From the IMG/VR virus record IMGVR_UViG_3300024262_000013: DNA of 64,000 bases. One strand, written 5' to 3'. The stretch is from a virus. Lineage: Duplodnaviria > Caudoviricetes. The notes beneath the pieces are model-generated. The model saw only the letters and a program-made list of their open reading frames with translations, was not told the origin of the DNA and searched no databases. A program made the position numbers and the translations under genes. Below, piece after piece: positions 12,074-21,507 of this stretch. Positions within the stretch are counted from its first letter, which is position 1; each line of letters begins with the position of its first letter.

Positions 12074-12115
12074 AAAATAAGAATTAAAAAAACAAATACT
12101 AAGGTGGTTTTAAAC

Positions 12116-12123
12116 TACTTATA
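12116..12123 (+). promoter_or_regulatory. putative late promoter TACTTATA
   Basis: Variant motif upstream of 12161, at the 3' arm of an imperfect hairpin. Confidence 0.4.
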
Positions 12124-12160
12124 GTAATAATAATAATAATAAAAATAATAAAGGTAACAA

Positions 12161-13633
12161 ATGTCGTTTATATATAGAAACCCTAGTTCCGGAGCACCAT
12201 TACCACAACCAAACGTTGTTTCCCCCGTAGAAATTATAGGGACTAACTTTAGTGTATTAGGTGCTGGAGGTTATATGGAAGTGTGGTCACTTTCTAATTT
12301 AACTTACCAAACTTTTGGGGCGAGTGGGGTTATATATAATAGTGGTAATACTATACCTATTTTTTATAGTAAATCTAACCTTGGATTTATACCTAGTAAG
12401 TTAACCATTGAAAATGATGGTATAACATCGGGTAGACGTAGATTAGGTATGCAAGTTTACGTTCATGAAACAGATACAGTTTATCAGTATATTATACCTA
12501 ATTATGAAACTTTATTTAATGCTGCGAGTGGAGCGACTGAAACCGACGCGTTCGAAGGAAGTTATACAGTATCCGATAACACAACACCAGGTTTAGCTTT
12601 AGTTAACGCATGGTTAGACTCCTCAATAGAAGGAGTTAGTGGAGTTACACGAACAAACGCCAGATGGAGAATATTTTATGGTACCGATATTACAGTAACA
12701 GGTGGTACCTATAGTAATGGTACAGCCATCTTTACTAATACTACGGGTGGGACATTCAACGTTACAGGATTCAGTACGGGTAGTTCTAGTTCTTACACGA
12801 GTTGGTTTGCTGAAGGTGATAATCAAGCTCCGGCAGTACCGATTGATGTTGTTGACGGATTTACTTTAAAGTTTGCTGGCATTATTACATCAGGAGGAGC
12901 GGGAATAGCTACCGATTCGGCGATTAGTGCTAACGAGATGACCATTGGTTTAATTAATAATGGTGGTACTCCTGATTCAACAACATTCTATAGGGGTGAT
13001 GGGCAATGGATAGTACCTACAGATATTGTGGTTAGTGGTGGTACTTACGATAATGCCTCTGGGATATTAACTTTAAATAGAAGTGATGGTGGTAGTTTAC
13101 CAATCTCAGGATTCACTACGGGAACTACAGAGGACACTTATGTGACAGGAATGTCGTATAGTCAAGTATCAAAAGAATTAACTTTAGGGTTAAATGACGG
13201 AGTGGATTTTATTGCCACAGGATTTGCCGCTGAGGTAACGGGAGGTACATATAATAGTGGTGGTACAATTACATTAAATAATAATGATGGTACCACATCT
13301 ACAATAACAGGGTTAGGAACCATAAATACTAATATTTATACGGATGACGGTACACTTCAAGGTGACCGCGTCGTAGAACAAGACACTCATCACATAACAT
13401 TTAGTGGTGGAACAGGAGTGTCAATAGGTACAGGAACAACGTCACCTGTATGCGCCTTATTAGAGTTAGCGAGTGAAAATCAGGGGTTATTAATACCTAG
13501 GATGACACAAACTCAGAGAGAAAACATACCCACACCTTTACCTGGGCTTTTACTGTATTGTACAAACACTACTGAAGGAGCTGAGGAAGGTTTATATATG
13601 TATAAATCTTTAGGATGGGTAAGTATACTATAA
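12161..13633 (+). CDS. tail fibre-like protein
   Basis: 490 aa, Gly/Thr-rich; VTGGTY repeats; C-terminal LELASENQGLLIPRMT...GWV domain common in Bacteroidota surface proteins and phage fibres. Confidence 0.55.
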   Translation: MSFIYRNPSSGAPLPQPNVVSPVEIIGTNFSVLGAGGYMEVWSLSNLTYQTFGASGVIYNSGNTIPIFYSKSNLGFIPSKLTIENDGITSGRRRLGMQVYVHETDTVYQYIIPNYETLFNAASGATETDAFEGSYTVSDNTTPGLALVNAWLDSSIEGVSGVTRTNARWRIFYGTDITVTGGTYSNGTAIFTNTTGGTFNVTGFSTGSSSSYTSWFAEGDNQAPAVPIDVVDGFTLKFAGIITSGGAGIATDSAISANEMTIGLINNGGTPDSTTFYRGDGQWIVPTDIVVSGGTYDNASGILTLNRSDGGSLPISGFTTGTTEDTYVTGMSYSQVSKELTLGLNDGVDFIATGFAAEVTGGTYNSGGTITLNNNDGTTSTITGLGTINTNIYTDDGTLQGDRVVEQDTHHITFSGGTGVSIGTGTTSPVCALLELASENQGLLIPRMTQTQRENIPTPLPGLLLYCTNTTEGAEEGLYMYKSLGWVSIL

Positions 13634-13682
13634 GCCTAACTAATACTAAGAGGATAATAACCAATTAAAAAAATATAATAAC

Positions 13683-15716
13683 ATGGCAACAAATGGTTTA
13701 AATTTACAAGCAAACGGTTTAAAACTGTCAACGGGAACAGTAGAGAGACAATTCATCACCAGCGCAGGTGATTTTGGTTTCAACACACTGACTCCGAGTA
13801 CCGACTTTCACTTTAAAGGTGTATCAGGAGGAACGACAGGGTTTAGAATCGAAAGTTTGGGGGCGTCCAGTTCAAACACTAATTTTTTAGTCTCGGACGC
13901 TAACGGTGTCCTCGAAACACGTAATGATATCGCCGTAGGTACGGTAGTAACAGGAGTAACAGAGGCATCTAACGTAGTAACAGTCGCGTATAACGATACA
14001 GGGGATACATCATTCACTATCGACGCATTAACAAACATGTCCTATGATAGTTCATGGGGACTTACAGGTTCAGGTACAGGTACTGTAAATGGAACTTTTG
14101 AGCTTCCATTCATTACTTCAGGAACATACAACGCAGGTACAATTACCTTAGCGATAAACGCAGGATTAGAATCTGACATTACAATTACAGGTCTCGATGT
14201 GGGAACTATGAGTAGTTGGAAAATAGGTTCTACTTCAGGTACAGACCAAGACGTATCAGACGGAGAGACTGTTGATATAGTAGGTGGTACTGGTATATCA
14301 GGTGTAATTGGAGGTACAAGAACAGTTACTTTAACTCTTGACGACACGTCAGTAACTACAGGTTCTTACGGAGCGGCTAATACGGTAGCAACATTTGATG
14401 TTGATGACCAAGGTAGATTAACTGCGGCGTCTGACGTATCAATTGATATTACGGCATCTCAAGTTTCTGACTTTACGGCAGCATCTGAAACAGCTATCTT
14501 TACAACGGCTAACTTTGTAGATACTACAGGAGCGTCAGGTATTAACTTCACAGTAGTTAACGGAGCATCCGTATCAGGAGTTTTAGTAAACTCATCTATT
14601 AATACTGCTGGTACTACAGGTACTGGTTCGGTAGATTTAGGTGGAACAATAACGTACAGTTCATCTGATAGTTCAGTAGTAATTGCTGATAACGGTTCAG
14701 GTACATTTGACCTTACGGTTAACGCGGCATCGGTTTCGGATTCATATGTAACAGGTGGTACAGTCTCAGGTCAAAACTTAACATTAACTGTAAGTAACGG
14801 TAAACCTAACGTAGTAGTTTCAGGATTCAGATTTAATTTATCTGCACAATCAGGAATTAGTAACATTGTTGATATGGGTAATACCATAATCTTAAATGGA
14901 GGTACAGGTATATCTTCTGTAGGTTCAGCAAGTGATACAGTAACATTCAATCTTGATAATACTACGGTAACTGCAGCTTCTTACGGAGCGGCTAATACGG
15001 TAGCAACATTTGATGTTGATGCTCAAGGTAGATTAACTGCGGCGGCTGACGTAGGAATCATAATAACGTCATCTGAAGTTTCTGACTTTACGGCAGCATC
15101 TGAAACAGCTATCTTTACAACGGCTAACTTTGTAGATTCGTCTGAACTTAATTTCACGGTAAGTGCAGGAGCATCAGTAACGGCAGCGTTAATTGATGGT
15201 TCTATTGCAAACGCAAGATTAGTGAATGATTCATTAACATTTGCGGGAACTGCAGGAACAGACTCAGAGGTGGACTTAGGTGGAACATTAACCTTCTCAT
15301 CTTCTGATGGTTCAGCGATAATTACTTCAACTGCGGGAACTGATACGATTGACATTACAATTGATGGTTCAGTAACATCTCAAAACATCTATACAGATGA
15401 TGGTACTTTGGCAGCAGATAGAACAGTTACTCAAAGTGGTAATGCATTAACCTTTACAGGTGGTGATGTTCAACTTGGTGGTGGAGTTTTCCATTATGAT
15501 AGGATTAACACTAATGTTGGTATAGGTACAAGTACACCGGTAGTATCAGCGAAATTAGAGGTATCGTCAACTACTCAAGGTTTCTTATTCCCAAGGATGA
15601 CATCAGCTCAACGTACAGGTATTGGTTCACCGGCAACGGGACTTATGGTTTACCAAACAGATGCTGAAGAAGGTGTTTATATTAATAAATCATTTGGGTG
15701 GGTACAAGTGATATAA
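13683..15716 (+). CDS. tail fibre-like protein with internal duplication
   Basis: 677 aa; SYGAANTVATFDVD.QGRLTAA module present twice; same C-terminal QGFLFPRMT...GWV domain as the previous gene. Confidence 0.6.
   Translation: MATNGLNLQANGLKLSTGTVERQFITSAGDFGFNTLTPSTDFHFKGVSGGTTGFRIESLGASSSNTNFLVSDANGVLETRNDIAVGTVVTGVTEASNVVTVAYNDTGDTSFTIDALTNMSYDSSWGLTGSGTGTVNGTFELPFITSGTYNAGTITLAINAGLESDITITGLDVGTMSSWKIGSTSGTDQDVSDGETVDIVGGTGISGVIGGTRTVTLTLDDTSVTTGSYGAANTVATFDVDDQGRLTAASDVSIDITASQVSDFTAASETAIFTTANFVDTTGASGINFTVVNGASVSGVLVNSSINTAGTTGTGSVDLGGTITYSSSDSSVVIADNGSGTFDLTVNAASVSDSYVTGGTVSGQNLTLTVSNGKPNVVVSGFRFNLSAQSGISNIVDMGNTIILNGGTGISSVGSASDTVTFNLDNTTVTAASYGAANTVATFDVDAQGRLTAAADVGIIITSSEVSDFTAASETAIFTTANFVDSSELNFTVSAGASVTAALIDGSIANARLVNDSLTFAGTAGTDSEVDLGGTLTFSSSDGSAIITSTAGTDTIDITIDGSVTSQNIYTDDGTLAADRTVTQSGNALTFTGGDVQLGGGVFHYDRINTNVGIGTSTPVVSAKLEVSSTTQGFLFPRMTSAQRTGIGSPATGLMVYQTDAEEGVYINKSFGWVQVI
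14363..15137 (+). repeat. internal duplication with 615-nt offset in a fibre gene
   Basis: Exact 44-nt block (14363-14406 = 14978-15021) and exact 62-nt block (14461-14522 = 15076-15137). Confidence 0.9.
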
Positions 15717-15729
15717 TTAAGATAGAAAA

Positions 15730-15761
15730 TTTCAATATAATTTGTATTGAAACTATTTATA
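15730..15761 (+). promoter_or_regulatory. putative late promoter with adjacent inverted repeat
   Basis: TTTCAATA-7 nt-TATTGAAA (15730-15752), then TATTTATA (15754-15761). Confidence 0.55.
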
Positions 15762-15778
15762 ATTAAACTATAATTAAC

Positions 15779-15800
15779 GGGAGAGATTAACGTCTCTCCC
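15779..15800 (+). promoter_or_regulatory. GC-rich 5' UTR hairpin
   Basis: GGGAGAGAT-TAAC-GTCTCTCCC; no U-tract follows it on either strand. Confidence 0.5.
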
Positions 15801-15824
15801 AAAGCCAAAAATAAAAAAAAACGA

Positions 15825-16910
15825 ATGGCCACTAACGGAACATATTACAGTAATTCAGGAGGATTAGACCTAACATCGGGAGGCAGTGCACGAATAAACA
15901 TTGCCACTGGAGGAGGAATAACCTTTAATGGTGGTTACACATTCCCAACTGCGGATGGAAGTGCAAATGAAGTCTTAATAACTGATGGTGGGGGTAACGT
16001 TACTTTTAGTACGTTACCAAACGCATCACTTGACAATTCATCGTTTAGTGTAACTGCGGGTATAGGTATTGATACGTCAACCGCTTCCGTATCGTTAGGG
16101 GGTAATTTATCGTTAACGATTGACCTTTCAGAACTAACGACTACCACAACTGCGGGTAATGCGGACTTCTTTACTGTTGTAAATTCAACTAATAGTCAAT
16201 ATAAAATAGCTCCAGGAAATATTAATATTTCTACATTTAATAATGATGCTGGATTTATTACATCTGCCGGTAATACCAACATATACAATACCAGTGGGTC
16301 ATTAACTGCGAATAGAGTGATTACTCAAGGTGGTAATAACTTACAGATAAGAGAAACTACAGCGACCGCATCAAATTTAAACATTTATTCAAGTAGTAAC
16401 GCAACAATTAACACGCCAAGAGTTAGGATTGAGGGGGATAGTTCATATAATACGGTTCTTGAGTTAAAAATCGATGACAAATCAGTGTCAATTGTTGAGG
16501 GGTATAACGAACTTGGGGGATTAGTTTTCTCAGTTGACGGTTCGGGTAACTTAACCGCCAATTCTAAATCTTTCTTAATTCCGCATCCTTCAAAAGAGGG
16601 GTATAGTTTAAGGTATGGTTCTTTAGAGGGTCCTGAACATGGTGTTTATGTTAGAGGTAAAGTAGATGGAACGAATACGATTGAATTACCGGAATATTGG
16701 TTAGACTTAGTAGATGAAGATACGATAACTGTTCAATTAACTCCAATAGGTTCACACCAAAACTTATATGTGAAAGATGTATTAAATAATACTATAGTTA
16801 TTGGTAACTCAAATATATTAAGTGCAAAAATTAAGTGTTTTTACTTAGTACAAGCCGAAAGAAAAGATATTGGTAAAATGGATGTAGAATATCCAAATAC
16901 GATAAAGTAA
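15825..16910 (+). CDS. tail fibre-like protein with conserved C-terminal (chaperone-like) domain
   Basis: 361 aa; C-terminal SKSFLIPHP...LRYGSLEGPEHGVYVRG...LPEYW...TVQLTPIG domain typical of freshwater phage fibres. Confidence 0.55.
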   Translation: MATNGTYYSNSGGLDLTSGGSARINIATGGGITFNGGYTFPTADGSANEVLITDGGGNVTFSTLPNASLDNSSFSVTAGIGIDTSTASVSLGGNLSLTIDLSELTTTTTAGNADFFTVVNSTNSQYKIAPGNINISTFNNDAGFITSAGNTNIYNTSGSLTANRVITQGGNNLQIRETTATASNLNIYSSSNATINTPRVRIEGDSSYNTVLELKIDDKSVSIVEGYNELGGLVFSVDGSGNLTANSKSFLIPHPSKEGYSLRYGSLEGPEHGVYVRGKVDGTNTIELPEYWLDLVDEDTITVQLTPIGSHQNLYVKDVLNNTIVIGNSNILSAKIKCFYLVQAERKDIGKMDVEYPNTIK

Positions 16911-16937
16911 TATAAAATATTAGATTAAATAGAATTT

Positions 16938-16962
16938 AAAGAGGACTTAGTCCTCTTTTTTT
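16938..16962. terminator. bidirectional intrinsic terminator
   Basis: AAAGAGGAC-TTA-GTCCTCTTTTTTT between convergent genes. Confidence 0.8.
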
Positions 16963-17114
16963 ATTTCATCATATATCTGAAATAATCTAAGACTTTCATC
17001 AAGATTATTTTCTAATATCTCCAACTCTTTAGCGTCTGTAGTTTGAGAAGATGCTTTAACATATATGTCTTCGGCTTCATTAACTATTTGTATTATGGTT
17101 TTTAAAAGTTTCAT
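16947..17114 (-). CDS. small hypothetical protein (55 aa, not in ORF track)
   Basis: MKLLKTIIQIVNEAEDIYVKASSQTTDAKELEILENNLDESLRLFQIYDEIKKED*; TATTTATA 6 nt upstream; stop lies in the bidirectional terminator. Confidence 0.65.
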   Translation of the reverse strand: MKLLKTIIQIVNEAEDIYVKASSQTTDAKELEILENNLDESLRLFQIYDEIKKED

Positions 17115-17120
17115 CTTGTT

Positions 17121-17128
17121 TATAAATA
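17121..17128 (-). promoter_or_regulatory. putative late promoter TATTTATA
   Basis: 6 nt upstream of the minus-strand ATG at 17114. Confidence 0.5.
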
Positions 17129-17221
17129 CTCAAAAAAGGTGTTTAGTTCTTTACTATTGATAAATTTATATGATTTTTTAGTATACGAATATAAATATAA
17201 ACTTTTAAAGAAAATAATAAA

Positions 17222-18490
17222 ATGGCACGTAAATCGCAAACAATTTTTGTACAAATAGCCGCCTACAGGGACCCTGAATTAGTCAAAACTATCGAAAATA
17301 TGATAGAAAATGCTAAAAGACCACAAAACCTTGTGTTAGGTATTTGTCGTCAATATCACCCTGAAGACGGGTTTGATAATTTAGATAAATATAGGGAAGA
17401 TAAACGATTCCGAATTAGCGATGTCTTGTATACCGACGCTAAGGGGGTATGTTGGGCTAGGAACCAAGTACAACAATTATATGATGGAGAAATGTATACC
17501 CTACAGATTGATTCACATATGAGATTTGCCCCTGATTGGGATGTTGAGTTAATAAAGATGATTAAGGACCTCCAAAAGAAGGGAATACCAAAACCATTGT
17601 TGACAGGATACGTTTCGTCATATGACCCTGATAATGACCCTAAAGGACGAGTACAAGAACCATGGAGAATGGTTTTTGACCGGTTTATTCCTGAAGGAGC
17701 TGTATTCTTTTTACCTGAAACAATACCAGGACATAAAGAACTTGATATCCCTGTACCATCAAGATTTTACTCAGCACATATGTGTTTTACTTTAGGTGAG
17801 TTTGCTGAAGAGGTACAACATAATCCTGAGTATTATTTTCATGGAGAAGAAATATCAATAGCGGTAAGAGCATTTACGTGGGGTTATGATTTATTTCATC
17901 CACATAAGACACTAATTTGGCATGAATATACACGTAAAGGTAGAACTAAACAATGGGACGATGACTCAACATGGGGAGACAAAAATAGTCACTCACATTT
18001 AACAAATAGAAAGTTGTTCGGTATGGATGGCGAAAAACAAGAAGGGCATGAGGGTATTTATGGTTTTGGTACTGAAAGAACATTAAGGGATTATGAGGAG
18101 TATTCAGGGCTATTATTCTCTAAAAGAGCGATACAACAACATACGATAGATAAAAATTATCCACCAAATCCAGGAATAAGTGATTTTAAAAATGAGGAAG
18201 AGTGGATAGAAAGTTTTTCATCGATATTTAAACACTGTATAGATGTTGGTTTTGATAAGGTTCCTGAGAAAGATTATGACTATTGGGTTGTGGCCTTTCA
18301 TGGTGAAAACGATAAAACTTTATTTAGAAAAGATGCCGATAAAAATGAGATTGATAGAATGATGAAGGACCCCGAAAAATACTGTAAAGTATGGAGAGAA
18401 TTCCCAACTGCAGAAAAACCTAAATATTGGGTTGTTTGGCCGTATTCTAAATCTAAAGGTTGGTGTGAGAGGATAACAGGTAATTTATAA
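17222..18490 (+). CDS. GT60/Gnt1-like (Pfam GlcNAc-type) polypeptide GlcNAc transferase
   Basis: TIFVQIAAYRDPEL, KGVCWARN, TLQIDSHMRF (DxH), FHGEE, WHEY motifs characteristic of the GT60/GT27-related fold. Confidence 0.75.
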   Translation: MARKSQTIFVQIAAYRDPELVKTIENMIENAKRPQNLVLGICRQYHPEDGFDNLDKYREDKRFRISDVLYTDAKGVCWARNQVQQLYDGEMYTLQIDSHMRFAPDWDVELIKMIKDLQKKGIPKPLLTGYVSSYDPDNDPKGRVQEPWRMVFDRFIPEGAVFFLPETIPGHKELDIPVPSRFYSAHMCFTLGEFAEEVQHNPEYYFHGEEISIAVRAFTWGYDLFHPHKTLIWHEYTRKGRTKQWDDDSTWGDKNSHSHLTNRKLFGMDGEKQEGHEGIYGFGTERTLRDYEEYSGLLFSKRAIQQHTIDKNYPPNPGISDFKNEEEWIESFSSIFKHCIDVGFDKVPEKDYDYWVVAFHGENDKTLFRKDADKNEIDRMMKDPEKYCKVWREFPTAEKPKYWVVWPYSKSKGWCERITGNL

Positions 18491-20073
18491 TGGTAGAAAA
18501 AATGGCAAATATAGCATTTTATGGTTCACATAATGCAACTGTGGCGGTAGAAAAAGAAGGTAAAATAATAACAGTAATTGAGGTAGAAAGATTCTTATCG
18601 ATGAAAAATGCGGGTTACGCTCAGTATTTGATATCGTACACTAGACCTTACTTAATGAAATATATTTTAAAATATATTGAAGACGAATATGGTATTTCAG
18701 AATATGAAAACTGTTATTATTTAAATACAGATACGATAGAAAATGGGACTAAAGTTCATTATGAGAAACTTATATCCGCAAAAAATTACCATAATTCATT
18801 ACATCACTTAAGTCATGCTGCTTGTGCATTATATCAAACTGATTATCAAGAAGCTTTAATAATTTCATTTGATGGCGGTGGTAATGATGGATTCTTCAAT
18901 ATATATTTAGCTAAAGATAGAGATAATATTCAATTATTAGAGAAGTATAATTTAGATTTAGGTTTTCCTTATATGTCTTTTGGGGACTATTTAAGTGATA
19001 TTCGTAAAGAACCGGCACTTAATATAGGTAATTTAGTTTATTCAGGTAAAATAATGGGTTTATGTTCTTATGGTAACGTTAATAAAGAATGGTTACCTTA
19101 TTTTGAGAATTATTATCGAAGAAAACCTGATGGGTTAAACTACAAAGAGTATTTAAATGATTTAAGTAATGAAACAGGTTTAATCTTTGATATTAATAAT
19201 AGACTTACAGGTCAAACCGCTTGGGATTTAAGTGCTACTTCTCAAGAGGCATTTGAAAATGTTTTTATGGAAATGGCTCAACCATTTTTAGATAAGTACC
19301 CTAATATTCCATTGATAACTGTTGGTGGATGTGCGTTAAACATTTTATTAAATACCAAATTACAAAAAATGTTAGATAGACCTGTTTTTGTACCACCAAA
19401 TCCTAACGATTGTGGTATCGCATCCGGTATGATATTAAATCACATCAAACCTAAAACCGCGATTGATTTAACTTATGCCGGTACAGAAGTGTTAGATAAA
19501 CATACTTTAATGTCACACGTTGAAGAAAGAAGAGCTAAGGAGTTAGATATTAACATATTATCTAAAGACTTGTCAGAAGGTAAAATTGTTGGAGTCGTAA
19601 GAGGAACGTCAGAACATGGACCTAGAGCGTTAGGTAATAGAAGTATTATTTGTAACCCCGCTTATCCTGATATGAAAGACACATTAAACGCTAAAGTTAA
19701 AAATCGTGAGTGGTATAGACCTTTCGCTCCCGTATGTAGATTAGAGGACGTTGAAAAATACTTTAATTTTTCAGGTGAAAGTAAATGGATGAGTTTTTGT
19801 CCGACAGTTAGAGAAGAATGGAGAGAAAAATTAACATCAATAACACACGTTGATGGTACGGCTAGAGTTCAAACAGTTACTTATGAACAAAACCCTTGGT
19901 TATATAATTTAATTGGGGAGTTTGAAAAATTATCAGGTATTGGGGTTTTATTGAATACGTCATTCAACGTTAACGGTAAACCAATCTTGAGTAGATATGC
20001 AGATGCGTTAACTGTATACGATAAAACTAAACTAGATTGTTTAGTACTCTCAGATTATTATTTTAAAAAATGA
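18490..20073 (+). CDS. O-carbamoyltransferase (NodU/CmcH/TobZ family)
   Basis: HHLSHAA, YSGKIMGL, GGCALN, DCG, GPRALGNRSI, RPFAP, HVDGTARVQTV, LNTSFN motifs. Confidence 0.92.
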   Translation: MVEKMANIAFYGSHNATVAVEKEGKIITVIEVERFLSMKNAGYAQYLISYTRPYLMKYILKYIEDEYGISEYENCYYLNTDTIENGTKVHYEKLISAKNYHNSLHHLSHAACALYQTDYQEALIISFDGGGNDGFFNIYLAKDRDNIQLLEKYNLDLGFPYMSFGDYLSDIRKEPALNIGNLVYSGKIMGLCSYGNVNKEWLPYFENYYRRKPDGLNYKEYLNDLSNETGLIFDINNRLTGQTAWDLSATSQEAFENVFMEMAQPFLDKYPNIPLITVGGCALNILLNTKLQKMLDRPVFVPPNPNDCGIASGMILNHIKPKTAIDLTYAGTEVLDKHTLMSHVEERRAKELDINILSKDLSEGKIVGVVRGTSEHGPRALGNRSIICNPAYPDMKDTLNAKVKNREWYRPFAPVCRLEDVEKYFNFSGESKWMSFCPTVREEWREKLTSITHVDGTARVQTVTYEQNPWLYNLIGEFEKLSGIGVLLNTSFNVNGKPILSRYADALTVYDKTKLDCLVLSDYYFKK

Positions 20074-20957
20074 AAACAAAAATAGTTACATTCGTATATT
20101 TTGGCATAAATGACTTTCCTTTTTATGGTCACGAACCACAGGCTAGGTGGGATAGATATAAAAATTCACTTTTACAATTATCAGAAATGGGTTTACCTAT
20201 AGTTTGTTATTGTGGTAGTAACGTTTACCCTGAATTAAAAAAATTACTTGAAACCAATGAGGTAAAAAATATAGATTTAAGAATTAGGGAATTAGAAGAT
20301 TTTCGTCATAGTAAAAGTATGATTAAGATTAAAGAAAAAAACCCTGAAAAATTTAACTTTTACTTAGAAGTCGGATGGGCTAAAATTGCCTTAATGGAAG
20401 AGGAAATGGAAGATGATTTAGATTATTTATATTGGGTCGATATTGGTTTATCTCATGTTGGGTTATTTCCTTTTAGATTTAATAGTAATGGTGATAAGAT
20501 TACAGGTACGTCAACAAATAAATATAGATACACTTTCGATAAAATTTTTAATACAGATACTTTTAAAAAAATTAATAATTGGGTAGGTGATAAATTAATT
20601 AATTTAACGAACACTCAATTTTTTCATAATGCAACTACACTTAATAATACTTTAGATAAAAAACACAAATATAAGTCTTTAACCGTTGGTGGAATTATTG
20701 GGGGACATGTTAGTAAACTTCCTAACTTTTTTAAATCATTTGAAGAATACTCTCAAGTATGTTTAGAAAAAGAGTATTTACTAAATCATGAAGCGATGAT
20801 GTCTACAATCTCTTACGATAGACCTGAGGATTATGAAACATTTATATTTGGAACATGGTATCACGAGGATACACCAATGAAACATGTTACAACAGAATTT
20901 TTAAACAGTAAAAAGAGTTTTTATAAATTCTTTGAGGAAATAGAAAATAAAAAATGA
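20070..20957 (+). CDS. HtrL/YibB (WlaTC)-like glycosyltransferase
   Basis: TKIVTF, LYWVDIGLSH, VGGIIGG motifs; paralogous to the central domain of 21507..23891. Confidence 0.6.
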   Translation: MKTKIVTFVYFGINDFPFYGHEPQARWDRYKNSLLQLSEMGLPIVCYCGSNVYPELKKLLETNEVKNIDLRIRELEDFRHSKSMIKIKEKNPEKFNFYLEVGWAKIALMEEEMEDDLDYLYWVDIGLSHVGLFPFRFNSNGDKITGTSTNKYRYTFDKIFNTDTFKKINNWVGDKLINLTNTQFFHNATTLNNTLDKKHKYKSLTVGGIIGGHVSKLPNFFKSFEEYSQVCLEKEYLLNHEAMMSTISYDRPEDYETFIFGTWYHEDTPMKHVTTEFLNSKKSFYKFFEEIENKK

Positions 20958-20979
20958 AAGAATTAGAAAATAAAAAAAA

Positions 20980-21507
20980 ATGAAAGATTTAAATCAAATT
21001 TTCCCACAATTAAAAGACCTCGACACCAACTTAAATAATTTAGACGGTTGGGCACTATCTATAGAGTGTTTTTATTGGATATATAATAATATTGAAAAAG
21101 GTTCAAACATTATTGAGATAGGTAGTGGTCCTGGAACGATGGAGTTATCTAAACACTTCAACACATATAGTTTAGAACATCAAGAGAGATTTACAAAATT
21201 AGCACCTAAAGCTAATTATATACTAACAGAATTAGTAGATGGTTGGTACGAACCTGAAATAGTTTTTAATTCTTTACCTGAAGAATATTCTCTTATTATT
21301 GTTGATGGTCCACCTAACTTAGGTCAAGAAAAAACTAGAAATAATATTAAAAAGTATTGGGATAGGTTCGATACTTCAGTACCTATAATTATGGATGATA
21401 CACATAGACAAGATGAATATGAATTTGCTATTGAAACTGCAAAAGAATTAAATAAAGAGTGGACTCAATACGAAGGGTGGCAAAAAAACTTTATAGTGTT
21501 GACATAA
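20980..21507 (+). CDS. class I SAM-dependent methyltransferase
   Basis: IIEIGSGPGT motif I, LIIVDGPP, IIMDD. Confidence 0.7.
   Translation: MKDLNQIFPQLKDLDTNLNNLDGWALSIECFYWIYNNIEKGSNIIEIGSGPGTMELSKHFNTYSLEHQERFTKLAPKANYILTELVDGWYEPEIVFNSLPEEYSLIIVDGPPNLGQEKTRNNIKKYWDRFDTSVPIIMDDTHRQDEYEFAIETAKELNKEWTQYEGWQKNFIVLT

Noticed and set aside
12161-16910. Diversity-generating retroelement acting on fibres
   Set aside because: No reverse transcriptase and no TR/VR pair with adenine-specific mismatches; the duplicated blocks are exact or generally diverged.
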